Of a stretch of 64,000 bases of DNA, positions 50,534-64,000 are shown in pieces. The notes under the pieces are model-generated. The model searched no databases, was not told where the DNA came from, and saw nothing but the letters and a program-made list of their open reading frames with translations. A program made the position numbers and the translations under genes. Positions within the stretch are counted from its first letter, which is position 1, and the number at the start of each line of letters is the position of its first letter. The DNA lies in the NCBI RefSeq assembly GCF_009914755.1, contig NC_060925.1, one strand, 5' to 3'. This stretch comes from the human T2T-CHM13v2.0 reference genome, Homo sapiens.

Positions 50534-52684
50534 AATTCATACTTTTTAAGGTTACTTTGTTTATATTGTGGAGAATAGACTGAAGAGCTAGAGTGAAAAT
50601 ACTGGTTAAAAAACAAACAAACACGTAATAAATGAGGTGAAAGATAGTAACTTCATCTAGAGTGATGAAGAAAAGTGCATGGATTTAAGATATGTTTTGG
50701 AAATTGGCATGAAAGGATTTGCTGATGGTTTTACATGAGGAGTAAAGAATTAGGAATGAGTCCCAGGTGTCTGATATGAAAACTAGGGGATGGATATAAT
50801 GTCATTTACTGTGATGGGGAAGTGGGGTATGGAGATAAGATGTGAGAGAAATTCAGAGGTTAAGTTTAAGACATGTTAAGTTTGAGGTGCCTGTCAGATA
50901 ATTTCTCTCCTGGGCCTGGTTCTTCCTTTGTATGGAAGTGATCCTTGTATTTCCTCATTGGTATTATCACACTTTTAAATAATGATGATTTTATTTTAAA
51001 GGACTTGCAGGTACCAAGCATAACAGGAATGAAGAAAATTCTAGGGCTTTTCCAGCCTCATTGACAAGGAAAAAGCAAACTACTCTTCATTGCAGTGTTG
51101 ACATTTCAAAACTGGCATTTAATTATTTACATACTTTCATATATTAAGGTACATATACATGTGTATAAGTAAATCTGTATGTGTATATGTGTGTATAAAA
51201 GTTTTCAATAGCTCGACTACTCACAGCTATCCTAGAGAATTTTACCAAAGCCCAGGAGATCTTCTGCAGTTTGGAGAACAAAATAAATCACAGTAATCCA
51301 CCATCCCCTGTAATCAAATACATTTTGACTGAACCCAATAACAATGACTCAGTTTCTAGCAAGGTGCCAGACGCAGCCCTTGTCTTCATTTGACGCTGAG
51401 AACCGAGCAGCCAGAAGCCAGTACTCCAGAGCCCGTAAAGCACCGCCAAAAGCGTGGCCTTAGATCACAGATTGATTCATGGGGATGGGCAGGAGTCTCC
51501 AGGGAAAACAGCTCATGGGGTAGCTGTTGAGCTTCTATGTGGGAAGTGAGGAAAATGAAAGCTCCTGGAAGCTTGGTAAAGATGAGAAACAAACATGAGC
51601 TCCTGGGGTCTTTAATAAAGAGAACTTCGGCTGTAGAAAACAAAAAGATTATTGAAAACTAAATTCACCCTCAACACTAATTAATTGGACACTGGATATA
51701 ACTGAGATTTGTAAGCTGTTTCTGCCCTTGACCCTGGCTCCAGCCTCTGGAGAATGGAAGAGTGTGGCTAGCACAGAGCTGCGGGTCAGCCCCTCATGAG
51801 AGGGAGTTGCTGGTCTAGGTGCAGGTGCTGAGGTATGAGAAACCCAGCCGCCCAGAGCCACACAGCAACACGCCCAGCTGGCCCCGGTGAAGACATGCAG
51901 TTTCCTAGGGCTGGGTCTCTTTAACCTGTTCTTTGGAACCCCAGGGTACCCACATAATTGTTCGTGGACACTAAGCAGGTATTTTGCAAGAGAAATCTGG
52001 TTTCTTTCGTGTTTGGTGAAATAACTGAATTTTCCCATGCTTTAACTATGTGTGAGGAAATAATTTCTGGTTCTTCTGTTTATTTTCTCTTTCTATGGTC
52101 ATACATACACTCACCGTCTTCCTCTGACAGTATTGATTACCAAGCACAATTAAGCACTGAGACAGAAAGTTAACAGCTGAAGTGGGGTCACCTATAGGCA
52201 GAAAATAGATTCGTGTCTGTTTAACAGTAACCCAAATAAGAAGCCATGTTAAATAGAGACAACTTTTATTACAATCCTTATAGCATACCTTCCTTTTAAC
52301 ATTATTTTTATGATTTAGCTCCCTCCAATAGGAAATGTTTGGCCACCCACTGGTTTTGTGCTTTATATACTTATTGCTTTAAATGTGTTATTAAAATCTT
52401 ACCACCAAATTAGGATTCCATGACTTTTCTTAAATGTAAGGGTTTGTGACTTTGAAAAAAATTACAGGTCTGAGTTAGAGAAAAGAAAGTGGCAGTGAGG
52501 CTCAAGTTGCCTAAACAGCATGGGAAATATGATACAATTTAATGTTATTTCAAGCAAAAGAGATGAGTCTGAGGATTTTGTAGAATAAGCAAATTTTTGC
52601 AAGTGATCTTCCTGTGGTTCTCTCACCCCGCCCCCAGGCTATCTTCCACAATCTGATCACCTGATCCTTTGCTTAAAACTTTGA

Positions 52685-53043
<359 letters not shown>

Positions 53044-53582
53044 TAGGCTTATTTCTTACTTCTTTACTTCTTCCTCCCTTAAAGAGGCCATCCCATCAGC
53101 AAGCCCTTGCTGTTCCCATTTCCTCTGCTTCAGTGCTCACCACCATCCTCCAGGAATGCTCTCTCCTTTAAGAGTCAGTTCAAAAAATCACCTTTCCTTT
53201 GAGGATTCATTGAATTTTCCTTTCTGGCCCATTGCGCCCTGTCCACACCTTCACTGTAGCAATCATCATATTACATCGCAATAACTGGTTTACACACCTG
53301 TTTCCACATCCCAGCCTTTGCACAGTTCTTGATACACAGTAGGTGCTCTATAAATATTTGCTAAATAATGAGTCCTCGGGTTAAAATGCAACTTCCCTCT
53401 CCTTTCAGCACCCTGAAATTACTCAGAAAAGGAAAAGGAAATGACTGAAGTGTAGACAGTTTAAGCGGAACACAGCAAGTACCCTGCCTGAGGTGCTCCT
53501 GGCCACTAGTTAAGGAGAAAGAATAAATATGGAGACTGAGGTCCCAGCACCTCTGTGGAGCTGTTGTGATTTCTGTTTACAA

Positions 53583-53725
53583 CAGCCTGGCTAAGCAATC
53601 TGTGGGACCCAGGGCGAAATGGAAATGTGGAGCCCCTATTCAATAATTAAGAACTCCAAACAGTGACAGCGGAGCATTAAACCAAGCCGGAGTCCTGTCC
53701 AACTGCACAGGTGGCACAGATGACC
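53583..53725 (-). mobile_element. MER45A-like hAT element
   Basis: gcattaaaccaagc...actgcacaggt matches recalled reverse MER45A consensus. Confidence 0.6.
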
Positions 53726-54359
53726 ACAGTTGCGTTGTGATGATAATATCAAGAAGTATAGAGCGCAGGGAGGCTGGGAGAAATGTTGGATCCATTTTTT
53801 AAGGAGTAGCTTTAAATATGTAAAATTGTTTTCAATTTATTTTCTCATGCCGCCTCCTTCATAAGACCCCTATAATTATGTCTGTTTTCATGTATAAGTG
53901 CAGAATCGTTTCTAAAGTAAATTATTTTATTTTACATTGTTTCAGGGAAAATGCTACATACTTCTAGTTAGTCCTTAACAAATGCTATGAGCCACACACA
54001 CTCCACCACTTTCCCCTGAAGTGAACAAGTCACTACTGCATTTTCTCCATTCAGTCCCAAACTTCAGGAGAGGAAAGAGAGAAGATTGGCTGGGCTTTCA
54101 CAGGAATATGTTAATATGAAACATCTTTCATCACTCTTCCACTGATTTTTAAAAAATCTTGCATCAGTTCTCCATGCAGTAGCATCCAGTCTCTCTAAAG
54201 GTAATTTTATTTTATAACAATCTTAGTAAATGATAAATTGTTGTATTTAGACCCTAAATTTGGCTTGTCAGACATTATCGTGATGAAATGGCATGTGCTG
54301 ATAAAGTGAATGAAGTTGTATGATGGGGTATTTTAAAAACTCAGGTGGGGAAGTTGATC

Positions 54360-54393
54360 TGCACTGCCCCAAGTTCTCCAGCAGGGGGCTGCG
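54360..54393 (+). promoter_or_regulatory. CTCF motif with upstream module
   Basis: TGCAC-13 nt-CCAGCAGGGGGCTG. Confidence 0.65.
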
Positions 54394-55849
54394 AGAGGAG
54401 TGCCACACATCCAGCTGCCCACAGCAGCCAGACCCACCGGTCTCTTGCTAGCCCTCTAAGTGAGTACCTGCTCTCCTATGTGGGTACCTTTTATGCCTTG
54501 ACTCCCTGCCTGTGAGAGTAACAACAGGACCACACACCATTAGTGACTGCAACACTGTTGGGTACAGCAAGGAGGGGAGAAACCCAAGAAGCCAGACCAG
54601 TAGACAAATGCCAGGTGGGACCCTTCCTTCAGGTTCTCATCTTGTGCTGCCCATGCTTGGCTGTTAGTCTGTTCTCATCTATATACTTTAAAGCCAGAGA
54701 ACCCAGAAACATGGCTAAGTTCGTGAAACAAAATCTTCATTTTACTATCCTAATTTCTCTACAACATGAAAGTTTCACTACCCAGCACCAACAGAATACA
54801 TCAGATTGAATCAGAATTCTTAAACTTGTGAGCTCAAGTTTTCTCATCTGCAAATGAGATCATTACCACTCACTTCACAGCGCCCCTTAAAAATCAGCAA
54901 GATAAAGTGCAGGGAGGCGACTGGTAGAGTAGGTACTCAAATGTTCATCTCCACATTTTTTGTTGTCTGGGGCACTTGTGTTACTGAGAAGACAGGGCTG
55001 CTGAAAAGGAAGAGAAAATGGCTCTCCAAAACAATTGTCGGAGAGAAAAGCTCAGACTGTGAAACACCAGCAGAGCCCAATTTGTACAAGTTTGTTTGCA
55101 GATGACTCTGCACCTGCCGCTCCTCGCTTAGATTCTCTCACCTAAGAACAAACACGCACACAGACGCCCACTCACTGAGCTAAAAACACCTACAACTCAA
55201 AGAAATACACACACCAGAACAGAATTAACTGCACAGAAGCACAACAGCAAGTCCATTAGCACATACCTTGCAGGATACACACTGATCTGCTGAAGATGTG
55301 TGTGGTGAGAAGTGAACTGTGCACAAAGACTGAGCAGCGTTAGCAGAGGTGATGGGGTAAGGGGGAGGTGGGGAGCCAGAAAGGACCACAGAAACCCACG
55401 GACTGTGGAAACCCATAATTTGCAGGTATAGTAATAATATTCTACCTTAACAAGACCAAGGGACATCTCATAGCTTATTCAAATAACTAAACATACAACC
55501 TTTGGCCTTCTTAATTACTTCATACCACTAAACTGGCTCTCACAAACATTCCTAATAAAGACCATTAATTGCCCTAAAGGTAAAGTTCAGCAATGGGACC
55601 AGGGTTGCTCTTCTGCTTATAACTAGGATTTCATGACTGAGATAGGAACAGTACAGAATAAACCTACATGAGTAGTTATTCCTTAACAGCATGGAATATG
55701 CTTTGAGAAGGTACTTTTATGTGGTTTCCCTAACCATCACCTTACTGATCAACTCCAATACAAAGAGTCTACGCTTCTGGGTCACATGGCAACCGGTATG
55801 CCCAATACTAAACAATCAGGAATCCAAATGAACAAAAAAGGCAGTTCAA

Positions 55850-57106
55850 TTTTGTAAGAAACAATATATTTTATTTTTCTGACACCACAGCTCTGGCGAG
55901 TGGTTTTGTACCAAATTTAATGGAGGTTACACAGAACGTCTTACGCATGGGAGGGGGAGGAAAGGGAAGGAACCACAAAATTTAAAACAAACAGAAACAA
56001 AATCCTGGATAGCTTTTAGCATCTGTTCCACTCCCACATTAATAAAATTCACTTGGGAATTCCTAATAAAAGGAGAACAGAAAACAAGGTGGGCAGGGAA
56101 GGGTATGATGGGAAAGAGAAAGACTTAGGGGGAAAAAAGACCAGAGAGCATCCCAAGGACAGACCTTTCCCTCTCAGAGCCAAGAGGACGCTCGGCATGG
56201 AAGGCGAGGCTTTGCTAGATTTATTTCCCCAAAATAACACTGTGTATTGCAGCTGCCAAAGGGAAAGAGAGAGGGAAGCAGAGGGTCACCAGCGGGGGGC
56301 ACAAAGGAAGGAAACACTTAACTGAGGAGACAGAGCAAAATCGGAGAGAGAAAACAAGAGAAAAATGTGCCAGTGGGTTGGTATATTGGGAGACAAGACA
56401 GTGCTGAAGAGCACTTGAACTGAAAAACAAATGTCCTAAGAGTCATTATTTTTCAAAAGAAAAATCTCCCCCCTCCCCCCACCCCTCGCTGAACTTAGTT
56501 CCTTTTTTTGTGCTTTTCATTAATACTCTGCTCTGAGGTCGTAGTTTGGTTTTTCTATACACTGCAGTTGAAAGAAAATAGTCCAAAGGTCTGAAGATGG
56601 GTTCTCCACCTAAAGTAAACAGCCCAGCATTCCTGTTCTCCTCTTGCCCCAAAGACTAAAGTCTCTGCTAAAATCCCTTTTACAATATAGTACAGTACAC
56701 AGAAAAAAATAAAGCCCAAATCAAAAAAACAAAAACAGAAAAGAATCCTGGGAGAAGCCAGTCCAAAGGACGTAAACATACAGAGAACGGTGCAACACAT
56801 GACCGATGGCAATTCTCAAAGCACAGCTACAGATTCCCAAAAGTAGGTGCCATCATTGATACCCAAGTCCACAAAAATAATTTTTAAAAAATAAATCTTA
56901 AAAAAAACACACCTGTTGATTAAATGAATAATTTGTTTTCAGGTAAATCCATACATTCTCGAGTTCCCCCCTCCCCCAAAGCAGCCCTCGGGTCTCTGTT
57001 CTCCTATTGCATGACCAATAGTAAGTACTCCTGGAACTCCCTCAAAGCAGCTCTCAGGACCTGGAATCTCATCTTGACAAGGATCGGCACATCCCATCTT
57101 AGCAGC
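55850..57106 (-). promoter_or_regulatory. BCL9 3' UTR with polyA signal and miRNA seed matches
   Basis: AATAAA on - strand at 55870-55875. TGTTTAC (miR-30 7mer-m8) at 56615-56621 and 56772-56778; AAGCACAA (miR-218 8mer) at 56508-56515; GTACTGTA (miR-101 8mer) at 56691-56698. Confidence 0.75.
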
Positions 57107-58224
57107 TTAAAACATCATGTTTCCTGGGTTGCCAGGTCCTTGGCTAAATCCACCCATGCCCACGTCAGCAGCCATGCCCCGGGGCCTCATCTGTGGGGGG
57201 ATCATGATGTTCTGTTGGGGTCCCATCATGCCCTGCATGGACATCATCATGCCTGGAGAGCCCACAGGCCCAGGGTGGGTGTAGAGCCCGGCAGGCCCCC
57301 GATCCTTGCCAGGAATCATGCCCACGGCAGCAGCTGGATTGCTCATCAGGGTGGGCTGGCCGGGCATTGTAGATTGTGCTGGTGACATCATCCGATGGTG
57401 AGGTCCCATCATGCCTTGTTGGAGAAAGGCTGGTGGTCTCATGGGGTTGTGGCCTGGCATGGATGGAGCTGTACCAAGAGGGATGTCCGGAGTTCCCACT
57501 GGCCCTGGACCTCCCATGCCAGGTAATGCTAGTCCCATTCTGGGGGCTTGTTCGCCCATCATCCCCTGCATGTGTGAAAACCCAGGTCCAGGACCCTGGG
57601 GCTGTTTACGGCCTGGAACTTCCCCTCGAGGGAAATATTGCAGCGTCTGGCTGGGCTTCTCAGATGGAATAATGCGGGATAGATCAAACTCAGGTATTCC
57701 GGTGGCTCCAGGTCGGATGACCTCCTGCAGATCTGGGTCTGTAAACACCGAAGGCATGCTGTTCCCCAGGACAGTGAAGGAGTCAGGACCCCCGGGGCCT
57801 CCAGGCTTGCAAAGTGCTGCATCTGCTGAACTTTGGGGCAGGTTGCTGGGGCGGCCAAGGGGGCCTTCTCCTGGGAAACCCATCCCTCCTGGGAAGCTGC
57901 CCTGCCCCCCACTGGGGCCATTGTGAGGGAATGGAACCTGCTGTGGGGGAGACTGTACTGGAGGGAAGCCCTGGGGGAAGCCCATCCGTCCTTGAGGTAC
58001 CATCGGTGGCTCCTGGGACCCATGCCCCATGATAGGATTGTGTGACATCAAGCCAGGCCCCATTGGGACCCCATGAGGAGGTATGTTGGGTCCCACGGCA
58101 TTTGGAGAGGGCATCTGATTGGAGTGAGAAAGTGGCTGGGTCATTCCCATTGGGCTGAGGGTTGGCATCGGAACCACGGGGTTTGGACCTGAAATTCGAG
58201 GATTCTGTGTATTAATGCCCATTC
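57107..58224 (-). CDS. BCL9: BCL9 last coding exon
   Basis: ctAG|GAATGGGC; ...PDLQEVIRPGATGIPEFDLSRIIPSEKPSQTLQYFP...GNMMF*. Confidence 0.96.
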
Positions 58225-61200
58225 CTAGAAAAATAAAGATATCAAAGGAATCAACTTAACCAAAAATCAACTCAGAAAAACTATAATAAATTAACAAAAA
58301 AACTATTGTGCATCCAATGTGCATAGTATAATGCTGGGAAAACATACAACACACAATCCCTGCCATCAATAAGATCATAATACATCTGGGGACATACAAA
58401 CCAAGAGCTCTACAGGACAATATATTATTGAGTCTTAAACTGTGTGTAGAAGATAGCAAGGGAGAAATTGTCATGTGTGAAAAGTTATAAATTAGCACAC
58501 AAATGAGTTTCGCCTTCCTCATTGGAGATATTTAATACAGAAGAAAACAATTTGCCTGAATGACTCAAGTACGGTCCTTTTGGAGAAATCAGTACTACAA
58601 TCCCAATGATCAGGAATCATAACAAAGAAACTAAACAGGTAATTTTTCAATTGGCATTTGGCATTATTTTATAAGTGCCTTATAGAGAAAGCATTTAAAA
58701 CTCGAGATTCCACGAAATGTTCAAGAAATAACTTTTAATAGAAAAGGAAAGTAACATATTCTAATACAGTCCCTGGGACATTGAACTATTTGGTGTCTCT
58801 GTGGAATTACCACCGAGTGTGGCAGGGGGCTTATGCTGTTCCTGGTACATGTACTAACCCAGTTAATTAGAGTTACTGATAAATAAAGAGCATTTGTAAC
58901 AATCAGAATAGAACTGGAACCAGAAACTCATGGCTGAAAAGTCATGGTCTCTTTGCTGATTGCTTTCACCATCCTGATCATTTTCTGTTAGTCAGGTGGC
59001 AGGAGTCGAGGTGAGGGGTGGGTATAGGAATGAAGGTGTACCGAATGTGTAGGGAAGGGAAGGATTTTATTATCTCCCTAGTCCTAAAAAAAAAAAAGGC
59101 TTGTCTAGGAAACAGGGGCTTTCCACTGTCTGAAATCCTGTGGCTGCTTGTGGTTTGAGGCTGCTCTTCCAGAAAAAAAAACTTGAGGACTAAAGACATT
59201 CCAATCAGCCTGTTAGAAACTACTCTCTATATTGCTACATGAGGACCCAAAGAGAAAAACAAAAACAACAAACCCTCAAAACCATCCAGGTACACAGAAG
59301 CATCAGAACTATAAAGAAACCTGCTTTCTTACAAACAAATAAGGAATCAAGCTAATAAGAAATTATCTTCCTCTAGTCAAGACACTTTCATTCTACTGAA
59401 ACTACCTTAGATGGAAGATTTTTTCTACTTGTTGAACTTCCACCTATTCAGGTGTATAGCCATTGAGAAAACGCTTCAAGAGGTTTCTCTTTGGTCTAGC
59501 ACTCACTCCACAACCTGCCTTTCTGATTTCTTACCTGGCATATTATTCATTGATGGCAAGTTGGGAGAACGAGCTGGAGGGGAGTCGTCATCTGAGCTGG
59601 CCACAGTCTTGATAGCATCATGGTATAACGGGGTGGAACTGGGCATTGCAAACTTGGACATTCGAGACATCATAATAGAGAGTGGGTTCTGGGAAAGGGT
59701 TGGCTCTGGAGGCATGGTATAAGGTGTACTAGAGGGAAGACTTCCAGGGATATTCACAGAGGCAGGCTGGCTGGCTGTAGGAGGTGGGGGGCCACCTAAA
59801 AGGAAGCAAAATAAAACAAAACGGGCAGGGAATTAGATTCCTTTTGAAGGGTATTGGGCCCTATGATTATGAACTAGCAAGGCCAGGAATGAGACAGATG
59901 AACAGGACAGTGTTATTAGATCCCAGACACAAATCATCAATCTTCTAGTCAAGCTCTGTGTGAGTGCAGAGGGAGACTGCGGTGTGATATGGAGGTGACA
60001 TGACCGATCAGCAGATGTGAAGACAAACACACCAGGAATGTGTTAGAAATATTAGTTCAAGCTTGGGGAAAATATGGTTTACAGACAACCATTTCACTGA
60101 ATAGAATGTGAAATAAGTGGATCTCTTTCCCTTGCCAATCACAGTTTAGAATTCGACTCAGGTATTAGTATGCTATGAAGCCAGACTAGTGACATGATCC
60201 CAGGTACTAACGACATCACCCTACACGCATTCTTGATTAATTTCCACAACCAAGATGTTTGAACCAAGAAGGTCTGAGGGGGCTGTTCCACTGTACTGCT
60301 TCAGTGAACTGCTACCCTACAGAGAGGCACTTTAGGCTGGTAGGATAAATCTTCTATCTTGCTCTGATTCTAGTCTTTCTCAGGTGGAGACAGCACCAAC
60401 CTAGTATTTACACCTTGGCACTACTTCCACTGACCACCTCTAGTCCCACTCACAAAACCATCATCATCAGCAAGAATCTCTCCCAGGAAGAAAATCCTCC
60501 TAAATTGTAGCTGATCTGTGAAAACAGTGGTCTATCAAGGAGAAGATTTTGGAACTGTTTCTGTGGTCAACAGGTATTTACAAGAACCACACAAGTCTTA
60601 CAGCAGCTTCCCCTCTCTCTGCTTAGGATTATACCCAGAATCTCGATTCAAGGGCAGCCCCTTGCAGTGGGTCCAGTATTTAAAGAAGCCACATTCATCC
60701 ACTGTTAAGACATTTTATTGCATTTGTTCATTGTGCGAATGTAAATTATTCTGTGAACCCAACACATATTCCCCATTTCCCCTCTTCCTTTTAACAGTCT
60801 CTCTGACATACGTATTTTTTGCTGAGATTGGACACTTCTGCATAACCCCATGGAAGCACTGATTATGCACCTTGCCACAAATATGGCCATTTCAACAAAG
60901 ACTGCCTCCTCTGTCTGTGTACTCAAGACACCAGTTTTCTTAAAGTAACTATCAGGTCTAGCAGTCTCCAGCTACTAGGTGCAACTGTGAGGATGCAAGC
61001 ATACTGACCTGACTCTACATTTCCCAGCATGGCTGGGGAGGCCATGGTGAGGGGTGCTTTATGGTTTGGAGGGATCCCAGGACTCTGAAGGGGAGGTTTT
61101 GGAGAAGAGGTCCATCCAGGTGACGGGGCAGGAAGTGATGGAGACTTGAGGTGGACAGGTGAAGCAGCAGCAGACCCCAAAACAGGGGGGGACTTAATGG

Positions 61201-63250
61201 AAGCAGCAGCAGCTGGGCCCGCCAGCATGCCTGCCAGCTGCGATGGAGTCTGGGGGGACTTGAGGTTCCCCGAGGGCGAGCCCAGCATTGGTGACTGGAC
61301 TTGGTGCATCGTGGGAGACTTCAGAGGGTTAATGCCTGGGGAATGCACCTGGCTGCCTGCCACAGATATATCCAAGGGCTTCCGCCCCAGGCCGCGCTGA
61401 ACTGGAGGAGCTGTGTTGAGGCTGGTGGGGTTACTGGAAGGGTTGAGAGGTAGTGGTGGCATATGACTGAGCCGGCTGTTAGTCCTCTGGTCGGGCCCAA
61501 TTGGTTCTCTGAGATTCCGCAAGCCACTGTTGCTGCCTGGACCCTGAGACATGGGAAGGAATGGTCTGGGGCCCATGCCATACTCCTGCTGGGGGTGCTC
61601 ACCAAATGGCAGTGGCACCATCTTCTGCTGAGCAGGCAGCATGTCTGAGCCACCTGGGCGTAATTTCAGCATCTCCTCAGGGCCCGCCCCAGCCTCTCTC
61701 ATCTTCTGAGGTATCATCTGAGAGTTGGATCCCATGTTGACATTTAGATTGACATCTCCCTTCATCCCACTAGGAACCATCCCAAACTCAAGTTCCCGAC
61801 CAGGGCCCATCTGTGGGGGAATTCCTTTTGGAAAGTCACCCCTAGAAGGACTCAGAGGGCCCTCAACTGGTATTCGAGGGAAAATGGGGTTATTCCCAGG
61901 CTCCATGTGGCGCTGGGAGCCTGGAATCATCCTGTTCATCTCCATGCTGGGCCTGATGCCTTCCATGGCCATCCCTGGGGGGAGACCCAGCTGTTTCTCT
62001 GCCAGCTGCTGCTGAAACATCTCTTCAGACAATCCTTGGGGGTTTGGGAAGCGTTCCCCTCGGCCAGGACCGCTGAAAATGCCCTGGCCAGGAGGAAAAT
62101 TTCGACCATCTGGGATTTTTGGCACATCATCTGGCCAACTGACTCCAGAAAGACCTGGTCTAGATGCAGGGTTGGGGACATTCGGCCCTTCCATTTCAGA
62201 GTTTATCATGCCTGCAAATCCAGGGAGGCGCATCTGGCTCCCTGGCATGTTGGGGTGGGGAGCCATGCCCCTCGGGGGCAGAGAATGTGGCATGTTGATA
62301 CCATCAGAAAATGGCTCTGTACCCCCAGGTGCCCAGCCTTCACTAGGGGTCATCTGGTATGGAGGGGGGGGTCCTCGGACCACTCCCCGAGGCCCGTGCT
62401 GATGGACCATCATGTCCTGGAGGGAACACTGCTGGACAACCACTTGTTCCTGCTTCCTCCTCTTCTCTTCATAAAACTCCTGCTGCAGTTTCAGCCACGC
62501 TATCTGCTCGGGAGTCATATGGTCAAGGTGGTCGGGTCCTATGGTCCCAGACTGGGAGTTCATAGAAGGTGGAACCATTTCATCTGGAGAAAAGGGTACA
62601 TCTCTATGTCCTTGAGGGCCAAATGGAGCTCCCACGTCTGTCCGGGGCCCAGGTCCCTTACCTAGGCTTTGGGATTGGGCCATCATGGCCTGTATTGGCC
62701 CTTCTGGTTTTTTCTGAGGCCCATCTAATACCCCAGGATTCTGCTGCGGTCCCCCACTTTGTGCTCCTGTGAATTCTTTCTCATCAGGAAAAAGCATGCG
62801 CTGGATATCTCTGAGAGTTTGTAAGGAGCGCTCCCGGTGCTCCAGCTGCTCCTGAGATAGGCCATCGGGATTCTCTCCCAGTGTGGGGGGCTCGCCACTG
62901 GACACTGGTGGAGGCGGAGGGGCTTTGGGATCTGCTGAAGAGCTATTGCTCCCCTGGGAGACAGGGGTCACTGCCCTATTGTTGGGAGTTGAGTTGGGCC
63001 CAGTACCATCTGGGGGCAGTGGAGTGGAGCTGGCAGGACTTCCTACAGAAGGAATCAGTTTGTTTTCTACCCCAGGACTCTCCCGGTCCAGGGGACGTGG
63101 GGGTGCGGCAGGCTTGGGTGCTGGTGCCGGAATGGGTGGAGTTGGCTGCAGTCTGGTATTCTGGGAAGAATTCTGGTCCTGGTTGGCCGGAGCTGGGGGC
63201 TGTTGTGGGAGAGGTTTCGGATCATTCCGAAGGGCAGATATCTGTGTGTT
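57107..63250 (-). CDS. BCL9: BCL9 transcription co-activator, 3' part: complement(join(57107-58224,59535-59795,61009-63250)), 1206 C-terminal aa; 5' exons lie beyond the window
   Basis: Pro/Gly/Met-rich protein with the beta-catenin-binding HD2 helix GLSQEQLEHRERSLQTLRDIQRMLF and HD3 DHMTPEQIAWLKLQQEFYEEKRR. Exon lengths 2242+261+1118=3621 nt, in phase, GT-AG. Confidence 0.97.
59535..59795 (-). CDS. BCL9: BCL9 penultimate exon
   Basis: tttAG|GTGGCCCC; ...EPTLSQNPLSIMMSRMSKFAMPSSTPLYHDAIKTVASSDDD...; donor CCAG|GTAAGA. Confidence 0.96.
61009..63250 (-). CDS. BCL9: BCL9 large internal exon (HD2, HD3)
   Basis: acceptor ttcAG|AACACACAG at 63250, donor TCAG|GTCAGT at 61009; lies within the 807-aa ORF of the track. 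Confidence 0.96.
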
Positions 63251-64000
63251 CTGAAGACAAACAAATAGTTTAAAAATCATTAGTAAACTGAACAGAAGGG
63301 CAATTAAAAGAGCAAGATATGTTATAAAGGAATTGTCCCCAGGCACATAAATCTAACTGACACTGGCTGTAGAAATTGCTCACGTACAACCCTCTTTTGG
63401 GCATGGAGACATTTTGATTTTTTTTTTTTTTAAACTTACTGTCAAATGGTATCCTCTTTCCCTTGCTGAAGATTAGGTTTCAATAACTTTAAAAGTATGC
63501 CAGGGGAGAGCCACTCTGCCAAAGTGAATACATTTCAGTATCTATTTTGAGGAACAGGTTTGATATCACATGTCTACTATGTGTTTCTGATTCAGAGAGA
63601 GATTAGTTTCTTGGTATGTGGGAGGCTGTACCTAACACCTTTTTCTTTTCCCTGAAAGTATAACTGGGTATGTAGACTTCTCATTGTCAATCAAAAGGCC
63701 TGATGTTGCCATCTTGAGAGAGAAAGCGTAAGTCACTTGCAGCTCTGTATTCTACCAGCCGAGGAAGCAGCTGCTCCATTTCAACGTCTCCTCTGGCAGG
63801 GTGACTACTGAGGCACTCCCCTCCTGGAGTTTCCAGGAGGCCTGACATCTCTGGTTTCCGTTTTTGGTTGGTGATCACTGATTCCACATTTGATAAGAAT
63901 TTGTACATTAACTGTAGTGAGATAATCTGCAGGCAGGAAGCTTCTGTGGAGAAATCTGAGGCTATCTAGCTCATGGTGTCTCTTGAACTGTTCTTTCCAA

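Noticed and set aside
61907-62665. 252-aa antisense ORF (and 57411-57926) overlapping BCL9
   Set aside because: Expected shadow ORFs opposite a Pro/Gly-rich, GC-rich coding exon; no promoter, splice or domain support seen
60923-63346. 807-aa ORF as a standalone single-exon gene
   Set aside because: It is the large BCL9 exon plus intronic read-through at both ends; canonical splice sites at 63250 and 61009

Overview
Human genomic DNA, recognisable from the translated exons as the 1q21 ACP6-BCL9 locus. ACP6 (lysophosphatidic acid phosphatase type 6) is complete on the + strand. It has 10 coding exons from 11683 to 34628, which I assembled by hand into an intact 1287-nt, 428-aa ORF with all GT-AG introns in phase, behind a CpG-island promoter. 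The last three coding exons and 3' UTR of BCL9 (Wnt/beta-catenin co-activator) lie convergently on the - strand (about 55850-63250). The rest is mostly interspersed repeats (Alu, L1, L2, MIR, ERV/MaLR LTRs, Tigger/MER DNA transposons); subfamily names are recalled from consensus sequences, not from a RepeatMasker run. I see no novel protein-coding system, RNA gene or CRISPR array. Best leads: (1) three ERV LTRs upstream of ACP6 with retained motifs (LTR12C NF-Y/promoter, LTR10C-like p53 decamers, MER41B-like tandem GAS sites); (2) an Alu with a templated-insertion repair scar copied from an L1 0.9 kb away; (3) a near-identical ~305-bp Alu-Alu tandem duplication; (4) a 5'-inverted L1 > Tigger1 > Alu nest bounded by a 12-bp TSD; (5) a candidate poison exon or alternative acceptor before ACP6 exon 7; (6) divergent CTCF motifs between the two genes.
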